The notes under the pieces were generated by a model, which had not been told where the DNA came from, made no database searches, and was given only the letters and a program-made list of their open reading frames with translations. This document shows positions 34,321 through 46,905 of a DNA stretch of 64,000 nt, in pieces; positions within the stretch are counted from its first letter, which is position 1; every line of letters starts with the position of its first letter. This stretch comes from Camelus ferus (taxonomy: Eukaryota): the NCBI RefSeq assembly GCF_009834535.1, contig NC_045707.1, positions 52,454,001 through 52,518,000 on the forward strand, written 5' to 3'. A program made the translations under genes and the position numbers.

Positions 34321-36298
34321 GCAGGGGCGGCCAGGAAGCCAGGGCAGGGCGTGCTGTGTCTCCGGCGGCTGCTGGGCACAGAGCTTCCCCCTCCACTCAA
34401 GATGTTCTGGGAACTAGCAGGCGAGGGCCACTGTTAATTTCCGTCGGCAAACAGAAAACACATTTCGTCTCATCTTTTCGTCTTTCCCTCCAGAAGCCCC
34501 CAAACCCTTGGACTCCTTGATAACCCATTCCTGTCGCAGGAAGGCTGCTGGGATGGGGGCCAGAGTGACCCCTCCACCTGTTTTCTAGGTCAGGGAGAGA
34601 GAAGCTGGTGTTTACACAGAGCAGAACCCCTCCCGCGGTCTCCCCTTCCCAGCAGAGTGGGGCTTCAGAGCTGTCAGTCAGACCCTTCCAGAACACGCGA
34701 GAACCCGGGGGAGGGAGGAAAGGATCTGACTGCTTCTAAGACCTTCTCATCAACATCACTGATAGCGGAGGCCTCGCACTCAGCAGTGCAGGGGTCCAGG
34801 TGGAAGCTGAGGTACCCCGAGCTCCAAGGGGACCCCTCCCTGCATGCCTGCACTCCACCCCTTCCCTGCACGAAGCAGGGCTGAACAGAGGGCGCAGCCC
34901 AGGGGGCACCCGGCCCCTGAGCCTGGGAGACAGATCCCTGTTGGTGTCGCTATTGTCGGGCCACCTCTGGGTTGAGCCACATTCAGCTCTGCCTGGGGTG
35001 GCCCCCGTGCCTGGGGTGACTGCCAGGAGGCCCACCTGCAACATGGCCAGTGGCAGGGGGCAGGGAGAGCCACCTGCATGGGTGGTCACCTGGGGGGCGG
35101 GGCCTGCACTCAGCCCATCGCCCCCCAGTGAGATCTCCCCACCTCTCCCTTGGCAGAGAGCTGAAGTCGAGGTGCATACGGTCCTAGCAAGGATGCACCT
35201 CCTCCCTTCCCAGGACAAGGAGGGCCCTTCTTTCAAAAAAAAAAGAAAAGACATGATTGTTTTGGTGAGCATGCTGATGCTTCATGGCAGCCCACTAAGA
35301 GGGGGCCACAGAGGCTGAAACTCCCACTCACTCAAGACGTTCATGAAGCCTAAACCAAGGGAAGGCAGGACGGAATTATTCCTCTGAATGATTACATCCA
35401 AATTATTCATCACCAGTTTCTAGAAAGCCACAAAATCATGTTTAGGTTGAGGCTCCCTGCCAGAGAGTAAACTTTCTCAAGGAGCCTGAAGCAGCTGGAA
35501 AAAGAAAACCAAACCAGTCAACAAGCAAAAACATCAGCCAGTACGAAGGCCAAGGCCAAGGTCACCCCCTCACCCAAAAGCTTGGGATGAACTGGAATCC
35601 AGTTTCAATATCCATCGATTCTGAGTTCCCAGAAGACTGTGCATAAGCCGGGTTGGTATCAGAGGGTCAGGCCTTCCTGGCTGGCACCGGAATTCCAGAA
35701 CACAGTAACAAATTTTCTCACCATGCCCAGTTATCCAAAATCTCGTCCAGCACAACAACATAATTAAAAAGTGCAGAGAAACCAACCGGTGATGCAAACC
35801 TTATTAAGCCGGCACAGCATGACTCACAAGGAAAATTAAAAGGGCTTGCTTGAGGGTACACAGAGAGCTAAGGTCCTTAAGAAAAATGAAATAATTTGCA
35901 CAGATTTTCAAATTTTAATGTATTACTTTAAATGACAGCAAGATCAGCACGCTTTGGGACGCAGCCCAGACCTCTAACAGTAGACGGAGCTTTCCTACCA
36001 AGAGCCTCCTTTGCCGGATGTGTGACTCTGGGACAGACCTGAGTTGGTGCCAGACCCCCGGGGGGGGGTGGGGTCACTGGACGGAACTGCCTGGGTACCA
36101 CAGTCTGCAGCAGGACCGCTAACAGCCAGCACACATGCAGACATTAAAATTCCACTTAACTAGATGATGAAAGTAATTTAAAATTATTTCCATGGTTGAA
36201 AGGAAGTCCACACTAAGGTTCCTCTCTCTTTATTTGCAAATGGTCCCTTATATCCGAAGCATACGGAAATGGAGCAAGGAAACACTTTATTTAAATGC

Positions 36299-36300
<2 letters not shown>

Positions 36301-36335
<35 letters not shown>
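36301..36335. repeat. (TG)n microsatellite
   Basis: Perfect TG run. Confidence 0.95.
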
Positions 36336-36338
<3 letters not shown>

Positions 36339-39189
36339 AACTCCATGTGCTTTGATTAAATTCCTGTAATGTTCTATTTACCACTGAGAATTACTTGAAG
36401 TTCCTAAGTTCAAACCATGAGCAGCCTTTTTAACTTTAATTCTAGTATGGGTTCAGAGTAAGGGAGAGTCCCTTTAATTAACTGACTCACCCAGGCATGC
36501 CCCAGACGCTACCTAGACCTTTAGAGAGAGAAATGCACTGTCCTTAGTGCACGGAGGGTGTGAGTCGGGAAGATGCTTTGAAAATACATGAAGTTCCACA
36601 TAAACTCTAATGACCTCAAATGCATGCTGACCCTCTGTGCAGAGAAGGCACCCTCAGCCCAGGTAGCTGTCTCCTGCCAGGATCGTTGGCAGAACAAGGT
36701 CATGGCCACATCAGACACATATGGCCAGGTGTGTTAGTGCCATTCCCTGGCTTCCAAGTAAAGGTGTGTGTTAACTTCCTGACCTGCATGTGGTTGGACT
36801 GAACTTAGGGTCAAGGCATTGCATTTACAATTCTTTGCAGACAGCTGATTTTTTATACCTTCCCTGGTCTAGAGGTACCTTTTCCTAATTTTAATAGCTG
36901 TTCCCAAATGATTTGTGGGCAGGCAGAAGATGCAGCCCCGTCACAGACCCTGCTGAGCCCCTTCCCTGGGGAGCAGCCTTAATCATCACCCCAGGTGCTG
37001 AGAATGTAAGTTGCTCTAATGCGCTCATACACTGACGACTCCGAGACAGAGTGCCTTTATAAACTCTCCTTGAGCAGATCCTGCTCAAATTATTTACTAA
37101 CGTCTGACCAACGGCATGTGTCCCTCACTTCTGATGCTTCCTTAAAGAAAGAAACATCGTTTGTCAAGATGATGAAAAGAAAGGTGAATTTCAGGTTTTC
37201 TCTGCGAGAGTCAAAGAAGTGTAAAAATGAAAAGGTTGAATGTTTTAACTTTGACTTCCTAACATTGCAAGGAAATGTGTTTCTCCAAAGTGATGACCTG
37301 CAGCCCTAGAGAGAAGGTTTGTACAGACTGGTCCACCTGACCTATGGTCCCTCATCCTTGGAACATCCTGTTCACAGATCCGGGCGACATATATACACCG
37401 GATTCAACTGGGAAAAAAGGCAAAAGATCCCACCCTTTCCCCTCTGTTTTCAGAAATCATGTTCAGGGAGCAGATGGTAGTCCTTTCAGTCAAGCAGTAT
37501 TTTAGCTCCACTCACTCCACGTGGGTTGAGCATCCGAGATCAGTCCTGGGGGGTGTGTTTAGCAGCTGGGACACTGCCTGCAGGGCTGCCTGCAAGGACC
37601 TTGCAGTTCAGCAGGGGTGAGAGCGGAGTAAACAGTCACTGTAACACAGGGAGGAGTCAGTGCAGCAGCAGACGGGACCATCCACCGTGCATGTGTGCAG
37701 GTGTATGTTTATATGCATGTGTGTGCGAGCGTGCGCGCGTGCGTGTGCGTGACGGAGGCGGGCGAGTGGAGACCACAAGCAGGGGGCCAGTCCAGAAGCC
37801 CATGATGTTCTAAGCATCCCAGACCGTGTCCCCAAGGAGAGGGCAAGGTCACATGACCAAGCCTCGGGTTTGGCAAGATGACCCTCCGCATTCTGGACAC
37901 CGGCCGGCGTGCACGAGGTGCGCCGGAGCGGGTGGAGGCACCCGTGGAACCATCTCCCGACGGAAATGTGCCTCCAGCTACGGCCCGGGCGGGCGCGCCC
38001 CCACTCCTCTGCAAGGAATATGACGAAGTCCAGGAGCTGGAGCCGCAGACACACTGTCCTCCGGAAACTGTGTCACCGTCTCCCTCAGGGGAGAGACTCT
38101 GGGCGGGAACGCGAAGCACAGCCGCGTATTTGAAGCCAGTTTCGCTGCACCCGCCCCAGGGCGCCCGGAGGAGGGAGGCGGGGAGAGGCAGCTCCCTCTT
38201 CGTGGGACAGAAGCCAAGTCCAGGCTGCCCGCCCACCTGGCTCCACCGGCATCCGGCCCTGTGTTGAACCCCACCTCCTCCGCTTGAGGAAAACCCCGAA
38301 TTTATACAGTATAATCTGAGTACATCATATCTTTATTGTGCAATCTGCCTGGTATGCTTTTTACTTGAAAAGTCGTATCTCAGTTTCTTATTCCCTTCCT
38401 TTCTACAGATTTTACGATGCCATTCTACCTTGTCTTTATAGCCTTTTGAACTTTAGTTTTCCATGGAGTGAAAACCTCCCTCGAAGTTCGTCAGGGCGCC
38501 CCAAGCACAGCCCAGGCCACTGGTATATTGGACTGAGGTTTCAGATTTCTTTAGTTTTCATATTTTTCTTTATTATTTCCAAATGGCAATGTAGGATCTC
38601 TGTGAAGGCAAAAACTTTGCATAATTTATATGACTTTAATCTTCCATGGCCTGCTGAAATTTTCTGTAAGCTGGTTCCTTAAAAATGTCTCCTAAGTGAG
38701 TCTAATGGCATTGTGCAAAGCATTTCATAGGACAATCCGTCTGTGTCTACTTGCAAAATTAAAGTGTCCAAATTCACAATTAAAAGGCTACAAGTTGCTA
38801 AATGAAATAAAATTCAGTTAATAAAGAAAACTTCGTGTTTTTTCCATATAAATGTTATATATTCACTTTCATTTTAATAAATTGAAATGTGGTAAAATAT
38901 GTCTTCAAGATTTGAGCGTAACGCACTCACCAGCTTTTAGTACATTTTAAAATTTACATTCGACCTTGTGGTTGAGACGAATGGAAAGGAAGATCTCTAG
39001 CACCCAGCAAATGGCCAGTCCAAGCTCGGACGTTACCAGCAGCCGAATGCACGTCACACAGCAAGGGACTCTCTGTGCAGCTGGACTCTCAGATGTCTGA
39101 CTTCCTGCCTTAACAGCACCACCACCATTTCATTCCCGGCTACCTCTCTGCCTTAACTCTAGAAACATACTGAATTGTTAAAGGCTACC

Positions 39190-39420
39190 CTGTTCAAACT
39201 TGAATGCAAGCGGGTAACATACAGATAATCAATACTGTTAGAAATCAGGACGGTGGTGACCTCCTTGGGAGGGGGAACGAGGCGGCTTCTGAGATGCCGG
39301 TAACACATGCTCCTTGATCTAGCTGGCTACACAGGTGTATTCGGTTTATGAAACTCATCAAACTTTATACTTATGATCTGTGCGTGCACAGCTGGCCTTG
39401 ACAAAGGGTTTAATAAATAA
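39190..39420 (+). mobile_element. L1ME-like 3' end relic
   Basis: gttagaaatcaggacggtggtgacc..cttctgagatgccggtaa..cttgatct..tacacaggtgtattc..atacttatgatctgtgc. Confidence 0.65.
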
Positions 39421-41489
39421 CTTTTCTCTGTGGCAATCCTCTGGTTAGAGATGTAACTGGAGAAACAGGAGTAAAACTGACCATTGGAGAAATGACACAC
39501 GCTTTCTTCCTACAATACAGATGGACGCAGGAAGCCCAGGAGTGAAGAACGAAAGAGTTCTGAACTCTCGGGAGGGAAAAAGCAAGGGAAGCTAGGGAAG
39601 GGGGCAGGAGGTGAGGATGTCATGTCTTTATTTACCTCTTCTCCCAAATCCCACTGCCGCTCTGAGGACCAGCGAGGAAAGAGGTGTGACTCGTGCACGA
39701 AATGGGGGTGTCTCCTCCAGGCCGGTATGCAAGGGGGATCACTAAGCTTGCTTCCCCGTATCCTTCCAGGATCCCAGGGGGTGGCTGGGGGCTTAGTTCC
39801 TCCTCTATCTTTTGCACCTGAGGTTGACAAAATCTGATACGTGAGCATACATGGAGCTGAAAAGAATAATATCCTGTGAGAGTAAAGACAGTTTTGTGAA
39901 TTAAAAAAAGAAAGTTGAAAAAAGAAAGACAAGCCCTGGACCTGCTGTGTTCGAGGGTGTCACTGTGACCGCAGCACCTGGGTTCAACAGTCGCTTGGGG
40001 CACCGAGGGTCTTGAGGTGAACCTTCCCACCCGTCCCCCATTCCACTGACACGGGCAGGGGGACTCATGACAGTGGCTGCTGCTTCCTGTCCACCTACAA
40101 CCCGCGGGCACCAAGGGAAGGGGCTTCATCGTGAAATTTCACAGGTGAAGGAATGTTCCAAGGCACCTGACTTTATCTCCATAAAAATGTCCTTGGCAGG
40201 TACACAGAGGAAACACGGGCAACGCTTAAATACCTAACCGTCACCACAACCCTCCTTTCACCCAGTGAAAGTGTAACAGAGCAGTATAAAGCCAACACAC
40301 GCACACATGACCGTCCTGATAAAGTCCTGTTCTGTCTGCCTCTCCCCACGTACAGAACTTGAATTTTTCACTCGAGAGAAGAGTATGTGGGCTTATGGGA
40401 AATACATACCCTGCAAAGCACGCTCATCAAACCATGTATGCCTTGTGGTTCGACAGGGAGTGGTTTTAAGGTGCACCAAAAGATAGTCCCCCCCCCCGCC
40501 TTTTTTTGTATTGGTATTTCTCAGGTGACAGTTTTCTCAGTTGTACAATGTAATTTACATGGTAAGCTCCCTCTTCTAACAGTAAAAACAAATTCATTCA
40601 TTTAATCATGTACTTAGAGTTTCACATTGTCATTAGATGAACTGTATCATTTGGAAGGCAAATCCTGTATTAATTGTACTTTTTTCGACCCATTTGTAGC
40701 CAGAGGTACAAATACAGGTTTTTAACACATCATAAACTTATATACACTTATATCACTATGCTTTCGAGGAAGCGACTATTCACATTTATTTCTGAATAAT
40801 GAGCGCTATTGGATTATCTAAGGGATTTACCCTTTCCCTAATTTAATTTAAAGCTAAGTCATTTTAGAAACCACAACAATTACCCACATGCAAGGACCTT
40901 TATTTGAAAAATAATTTGAACATGGAAAACCAATTGTTCTAAATTTAATAAAGCATCTTCCTCTCAGGCCCAAACCTTAGAAGCAGCCCAGAGTAACACT
41001 TAATGTGTGAATTATAAACTTCTGAAAACAGAGGCTTATAATCAAGGCAGTCGCAGGAGTTTTCTTTACAGTGTATTTTCCAATATATTTCTAAATGTCC
41101 CAAGAGACCACTTTCTAAGCTTTGCTCTCTTCACCAACCCCGTAACTCAAAGCATGGAGGTAATGTTCTCGAATCTTAGCTTAAATTTTTCCTTGGAAAT
41201 TTCACTTCTGTGACAACCTGTGAGCCTGAATTTCATTCTAACATCATCCACTTGAATATTCCAAATGGCAGGGGCCACTGTTAAGTGTCAGCTCAGTTCT
41301 CCTTCTCCCTCTGAGTTCTGGTGAAGGCGTGGGGTCCCCGCCATCTGCTTTCATCCTGGCACAGCCCTCCTGAGCCAGCAAGCCCAGCTGTGGTTGGAGA
41401 CGTGGATGCTTACAGCCAGTCCTCCTCTGGTCTCACAACAAGGAGAGGAGTCCTCCCCTTCCCCTGGGGAGCGGGACCTCATCTCACAC

Positions 41490-41700
41490 AAACCCAGCCT
41501 CCAATCCCAGCTCTGCCACGTCCTTGCTAAGCGACTTTTGAGGCAGACACGTCCTCTTTCTGGGCTCAGTATCCTCACCTGGAAAACGGGGGTGATGATA
41601 ATACATCCCAGCTGCGGCCAGGGTGCCCCTCCACACCCTGTGCAGACCGAGCAGCAGGGCGGGATGCTAGTGAACCGTCGAAGCAGTCGCTGTCATCATC
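41490..41700 (+). mobile_element. MIR SINE relic
   Basis: aatcccagctctgccac..ctcttttctgggctcagtatcctcacctggaaaacgggggtgatgataata. Confidence 0.7.
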
Positions 41701-44700
41701 CTTTGAATCTCTGCTCTCCCCAGGCTACGCAGTGTTTGAAGGGATGTGTCCACCATGTGAACTAAAGGTTCATTCTCTTCAGAGCAGGGGAATCAGCTGC
41801 GCGGGATCCCAGAATACACGGTGATTAGTTCCGAGGAATGCCAGCATCAGAAGACACCTTGGAGAGGATTTAACCTGCGTCTTCATTTGACAGCCCTGGA
41901 AACTGGTCACTGCAGGGGTGGCAGCCCTAGGACTCGGGTCGGGGCCGCCAGCCAAGAGCTCTCCCTGCCACTGGGCTCTCTGAAAAAGTCCAGTGCAAAA
42001 CTGCAACCACAGCCCTCACAAGTTTTAGAAACCATGCCGGCCTGGAACTGGAGGTTCTTTCCTAGAGAGGACGACAGGGGGCAGCAGAAACCAGGAGGGG
42101 CATGGACAGCTCTGTGCAGACAGAACTTCCTGGCGGTGGGCAGCATTGCTCTGACGTCATCTCCATCCACAGAGCAGTTCCTCCCCCAAAGCAAGAGGGA
42201 CAAGACAGCCCGGAACCTGCCTGTGGACAAGCCAAGACTGTCTTAGTAGCCAGACCACTGCTGGGACCCAGCTGTACCAAGCGGCAGGTCAAGGACGGAT
42301 GCAAGTGTTGGCCCAAACCACCAGCTCAGGACCGCTCCGGCCACACCCCACACCCTTCACCCTGTGGCCGCCACACCACCCACAGGCCAGGCGGGTTCCA
42401 GGTGTTCTGAAGTGCAGCTGTTCTCCATCAGTTCTGGAGGAGGGGCTTGGAATTTCAGATCAGGATGGGATTTGGTAAGGAGCTTAATAAATCCTTGTTT
42501 CTGCCTATACCCTGTGTATTTAATAATGTTTACAAACACATCTCTCAAAAGTAGGAAGGAAGGCTTTCAGAAAAAATGGCAGATGCATTGACTGGAAAAG
42601 TCCAACATTGATACCCTAACAGTAGCTGGTCATCTTCTGTAGGACACGCAGGGCTTGGCCTTGGCACCAACCTGCTAAGAACACTGAAAACTGCTGGGTG
42701 AATACTACCTTCCTGGTCCAGATCCCCCAGTTAACATCGAAATCCATGTACTTATTTCTCTTACCATCAGTCGTGAATTTCATACCATAGTTCTTTTTTA
42801 TGAAGAAGCTTTCAGTGCTTAAAATCTCAAAATTTAACATATCTCTACCTTGAAGGCACTATCTTTTGCTAAGACATTTAAGCAAGTCGAATAAAGTACT
42901 TCACTTAATTTAAAAATTAAAATTTAAGATTATGTAAGAGAGGATCCAGGAGGGGTAAAAACACTGTCTACTTAAAGAAAGGTGAATATTAAAGAAAAAA
43001 AAACTGCCCCAATTACCAATGCCTAAGATGTTTTTATTCAAAAAAAAAAAAAAATCAAGAATAAGACACCAAATCTGAAAATTAAAAGTTTCTCAAAGGG
43101 CAAAGATCCCCAAGTTTCTGGAAAGGAACCACCATTTGTTTACCTAAGTGGTAGGTACAGAAGCCTAGAAATGAGTTTGTCATTATAGGGAAAATGGGAG
43201 CACTTGAGAAATACTTGGATAAATTCTAGAGCTAGAGTATAAAATTTCAGTATAAGCAACAGATCAGAGACTCATACTTAAATCATCTCGGAAAGAGGAG
43301 AGTCTCAGAAAAAGAGCTGCAGATACAAACATGTACAGGAATGTCGCAGCAACGACTTCACTATTTAACATATCCCTGGACCCAGCTTAAGTCTTCAGCC
43401 CATGAGTAAACCCATTCCCTGTTAATTATCCTCATCAGAGACTGAGCACAGTTGATTGCCTTTCTCTGCATAATAAAACCGTTCACATATTTTCAAATAT
43501 TAAATCATCTCAGCCTTGAACCCTCCAGGCTAAATGCTCTCATTTCTTCATCTTTGCTTCCCGGATCGCGTGCAGCACAGAATACACTCACCTCTGCTGG
43601 TCTCCACGCTGAATGCCCTCCCCAACCATCTCCCCCCTCCCAAGTGGTGGGGCTCAGAACCCCACTAAAAGTGAGGCTCACACCACAGCCTTGACAGAGA
43701 TTTAGCTCAAAGCTCCAGCAGCTTCAACTGCACCAAACAAAAAGGTGAAACGCTACAGTTTACCTCACTCACAACAAAAATTGGATCAGGAATTCCAGCA
43801 TGTTTGAGTGACTTTTTTTAACCTAGCTGTGAAATCCAAGGCGATTCACCCCCTGTTTTAAGCCGCTCCTATTCTGATCACAATATCCATCTCCTACTGT
43901 CAACAGTTTTCCTGATGCATTAGTGGAAAACGCAAGCCGTCCAGTGTTGTAAATTTTGGTTGCCAGTTTCAGAAAAATAATGGGTTAAAGAGAGTGGGTA
44001 GAAGTAAGTTCAAGATCATGCATCATTTTTTCCTCTTAAGAGCCATATTAACTCCAAGTTTGCAACAACAGGATGACATACAGCTCTTCAATGTTAGAAA
44101 TTCCTTATTAGCCACAAATTTTATTTCAATGTGGCAAAGTATGTTGACCCAAATTTCCAAAAATGTAAATATCAACTAACTGGCCTGAGACTTTTAAAAA
44201 GTGCAGAAAGTACTTAAAACGCGTCCTGAGTCCGCCAGTAATGTCCTCACCAGCAGACAGCTAGCCGCGTGGAGGACCCGCCGGCCCCTTCACGTTAGAA
44301 CCGCACAGAAAGCAAAGCTTTCGACCAAATACGGTTTACCTCTCCTCAAATTTTTACCATGACCACTAAAAATACGTTCACCAAACAATCTAGCCAGGCA
44401 TTTCTTTTCTCAAGTGCTTCTCAGATTATAAAAGAGCTCTCAAAGTTCAGCCTGACAAAACAAAGATGGTACCAGGAGGAGAGACCTGGAAGGCGATCAC
44501 AAAAAGTCTCATTTAAATTCCTGGAAAGCACGGCTTCTCCAAACAGCTATTCGGATCGCTCTGCAAAGCGTCACTCGCTTCCAGCCCTGAGTTTAACTCC
44601 ACGCCGTCCCCCAGCCTTGCAAAATCCGAACAAGAGAGGGATGTTACATTCCGTACCCCCAAGATGCATCCAAAAGCCTCTGTGCACACGGTGGAAAGTA

Positions 44701-44929
44701 AACCACCCCAAAGCAGGAGTTTTCCTGACCCAAGTGCGCCAAGAATTAACACCGGGTATTCAGGATTCTAAAGATCCTTCCTGCCCCTAATCGTTCCAGC
44801 CACAGAACACTGGAAATCAATGGAACGCACTTGAAGCTTTAAGAAGTGCAGTTTTGCATGGGGGTGGAGTGGAGAAAGACGATTAAAAACCTCGATTCCC
44901 TTCCAGAGCCAAAATACAAGCCACCTGGG

Positions 44930-46700
44930 CACAGCCGTGTCCGCGCGTCCCCAAAGCGCCAGCCCTCCGGTGGGCTCACCTCTGGAAGAATTTCCTGCTT
45001 CTCTCCCGAAAACCACCCTTAACGTCCCCCAAGCAGGTCTGGCGCCAGGACGCCGAGTCTAACTCGGCGCTGAGCGGGGCCAGGGCCGCGGAGACCCCGC
45101 GGCGGCCGCCTCCGCCCCGCCCGACCCCGCGCCTTAGGTCGCCCACCTTCTCTGGACGACGCGCCTCCCAGGGCCCGATCCGGCGGCACTCGCGTCGGAG
45201 ACGAGCGTGTCACATCTTCGCCTCCGGCAGCCGCTCGGGCGCGCGCCACGCGCTCCCACACTCGCCCCGACTGGAGCGGAGACCCGGGGCCCGGGCGCCC
45301 GACGCGCGCGCGGCTCAGAGGCTCCCGCGGCGACCGCCCGGCTCCACCTCCCAGCCCCGGCGACCCGCGCTCGCGTCCCGGGCGGCCGGCGGGGTCGCGT
45401 CCGGGCCAGAGCGCTCGGCGCAGGGCAGCAGCGGCAGGCGCGCGGGGCTCGGCCTCCGGGCCGGCGCGAGGCTGCGCTCAGCCCGCGCCGCGCGCCTCAT
45501 TGTTCCCGGCGGCGCGGCGGCGGCTCCCGGCCCTCGCGCCGAGCCTGCGCTGCGCCGCGCCCCGCCCCGAGCCCGCGCGCCCCTGCGTCCGCCCCGGCCC
45601 CTCCGCGGCCGCCTGCGGCCTCCCCCTCCCGGCCCCTCTCACCTAGCGGCCGGGCGCCGGCCCCGAGAAGTTCCCAGTCCGCTCCCCGCGCCCCGGCCCC
45701 GCTGCCTGGCCGCGGCGGCGCAGGGGGTGCACGGCGGGGCGCTCCCCGGCTGCGCGCCCAGCCCTGCTTCTGGCAGAGAGTGATTGCAGACTTGGGAGGC
45801 GCGGCGGCGCGGCAGCCCGGAAAGGCACGCCTGTCCCCGGCCGCCGCCTCCAGCCAGCCCCGATCCTCCGGGGGTCACCTGCACAGGCTCCACCCGGCAC
45901 CGCTCGGCACTCGGGGCCCGCCGGCGGCCGGGGTGCAGGAATGAGGACGGGCAGTGAGTGGCGGGGAGGGGGTCGGGGCGCCTGGCCCCGCGGAAGTGAG
46001 TCTTTGTGTTCCCGGCTCCAACACACCCTCCCGCGGCGCCGAAGGCCGGGCTACCTGCGCGCGAGGCAGCGCCCGAGAGCGGGCCGGGTGGGGCGCAGGG
46101 GAGCGTAGCATCCTCCCGGCCCGCGGCTCCCTTTGTTCCGCCTGCTCCGCCGGGTTCCGCGCCGCCGCCTGGCCCTCGCTCCCGGGAGCTTCTTCGAGAC
46201 GCCCGGGGTCGGGGCTGGGCCGGGAGCGGGCCACCTGCCGCTGGGAGTCCCCTAGAGATCCATCTGCCCGGCCCTCCCCACCGCCGGCGCCAGGCCCCGC
46301 GAGGGCCGGCAAAGTTCTCGGGACGGCGGCCCTGGGGCTGCTGGCCTGGCGCTCCGAGAACCAGATCGGGTGTCCGTCTGCTTGTGTGCGGAATGCCCAT
46401 TTGTCGCCGCGACCCTCTTGCCCTTCCAAGGCGGCCGCAGCTGGTCCCGGGACCGAGACCACGCCGCCCTTTGTTTGCTGGTTAACATGTGCCTTTGAAC
46501 TTCAACGCAGTCCCCGCTTGCGCGCGGGAGGCCGTGGGCCGCTCCCTCCCCGGGGTCCTCTTGCGGACCCAGAGCGCGGTTCCAGGGTGGGTAGGCGAGC
46601 CCCCAGGCCGAGCAAGGTTCAGTTGAATGATGCTACCAGGTAGTGTCCATCTCAGAGGGACGAGTTACCCCTACCCCTCCATCCCAAGTCCCGGCGGGAG
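44930..46700 (-). promoter_or_regulatory. ST6GAL2: CpG-island promoter region of ST6GAL2
   Basis: Very GC- and CpG-dense block with GC boxes (CCCCGCCCC), an ETS-like CGGAAGTG at 45991-45998, and minus-strand splice donors. It lies upstream of a first coding exon that has a splice acceptor and so needs an upstream exon. Confidence 0.85.
45643..45781 (-). other. ST6GAL2: Candidate non-coding first exon of ST6GAL2 (5' end uncertain)
   Basis: Strong donor CTAG|GTGAGA after 45643. An Inr-like TCACTCT has its A at 45781. There is no ATG in between. The start site is inferred. Confidence 0.55.
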
Positions 46701-46794
46701 ACACAAATCCTTCACTAAATACATTATTTGAAAATGTGTATGTACGTTCATTGTCCTAATTGAGGATTTTGGGAAAAAAACAATTAACTACACA

Positions 46795-46905
46795 TCCAGT
46801 TCATTCAGTGTTTATTAAGTGCCTGCTATGTGCTGGGGACTCTTGGAGGGGCGATAGACTTGGGAAGGTGAGCAGAATCTCTTTCCTACCCTCAAGAAGC
46901 TTGCA
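46795..46905 (-). mobile_element. L2 3' end relic
   Basis: tcattcagtgtttattaagtgcctgctatgtgctgggga..cctaccctcaagaagctt. Confidence 0.65.

Noticed and set aside
35570..35800. Possible cassette exon or 75-aa ORF in intron 1
   Set aside because: A donor-like GTGAGG exists, but there is no convincing acceptor, homology or codon signal.
45019..46643. Multiple 150-250 aa ORFs on both strands
   Set aside because: Low-complexity P/A/R/G translations are expected from stop-codon scarcity in a CpG island.
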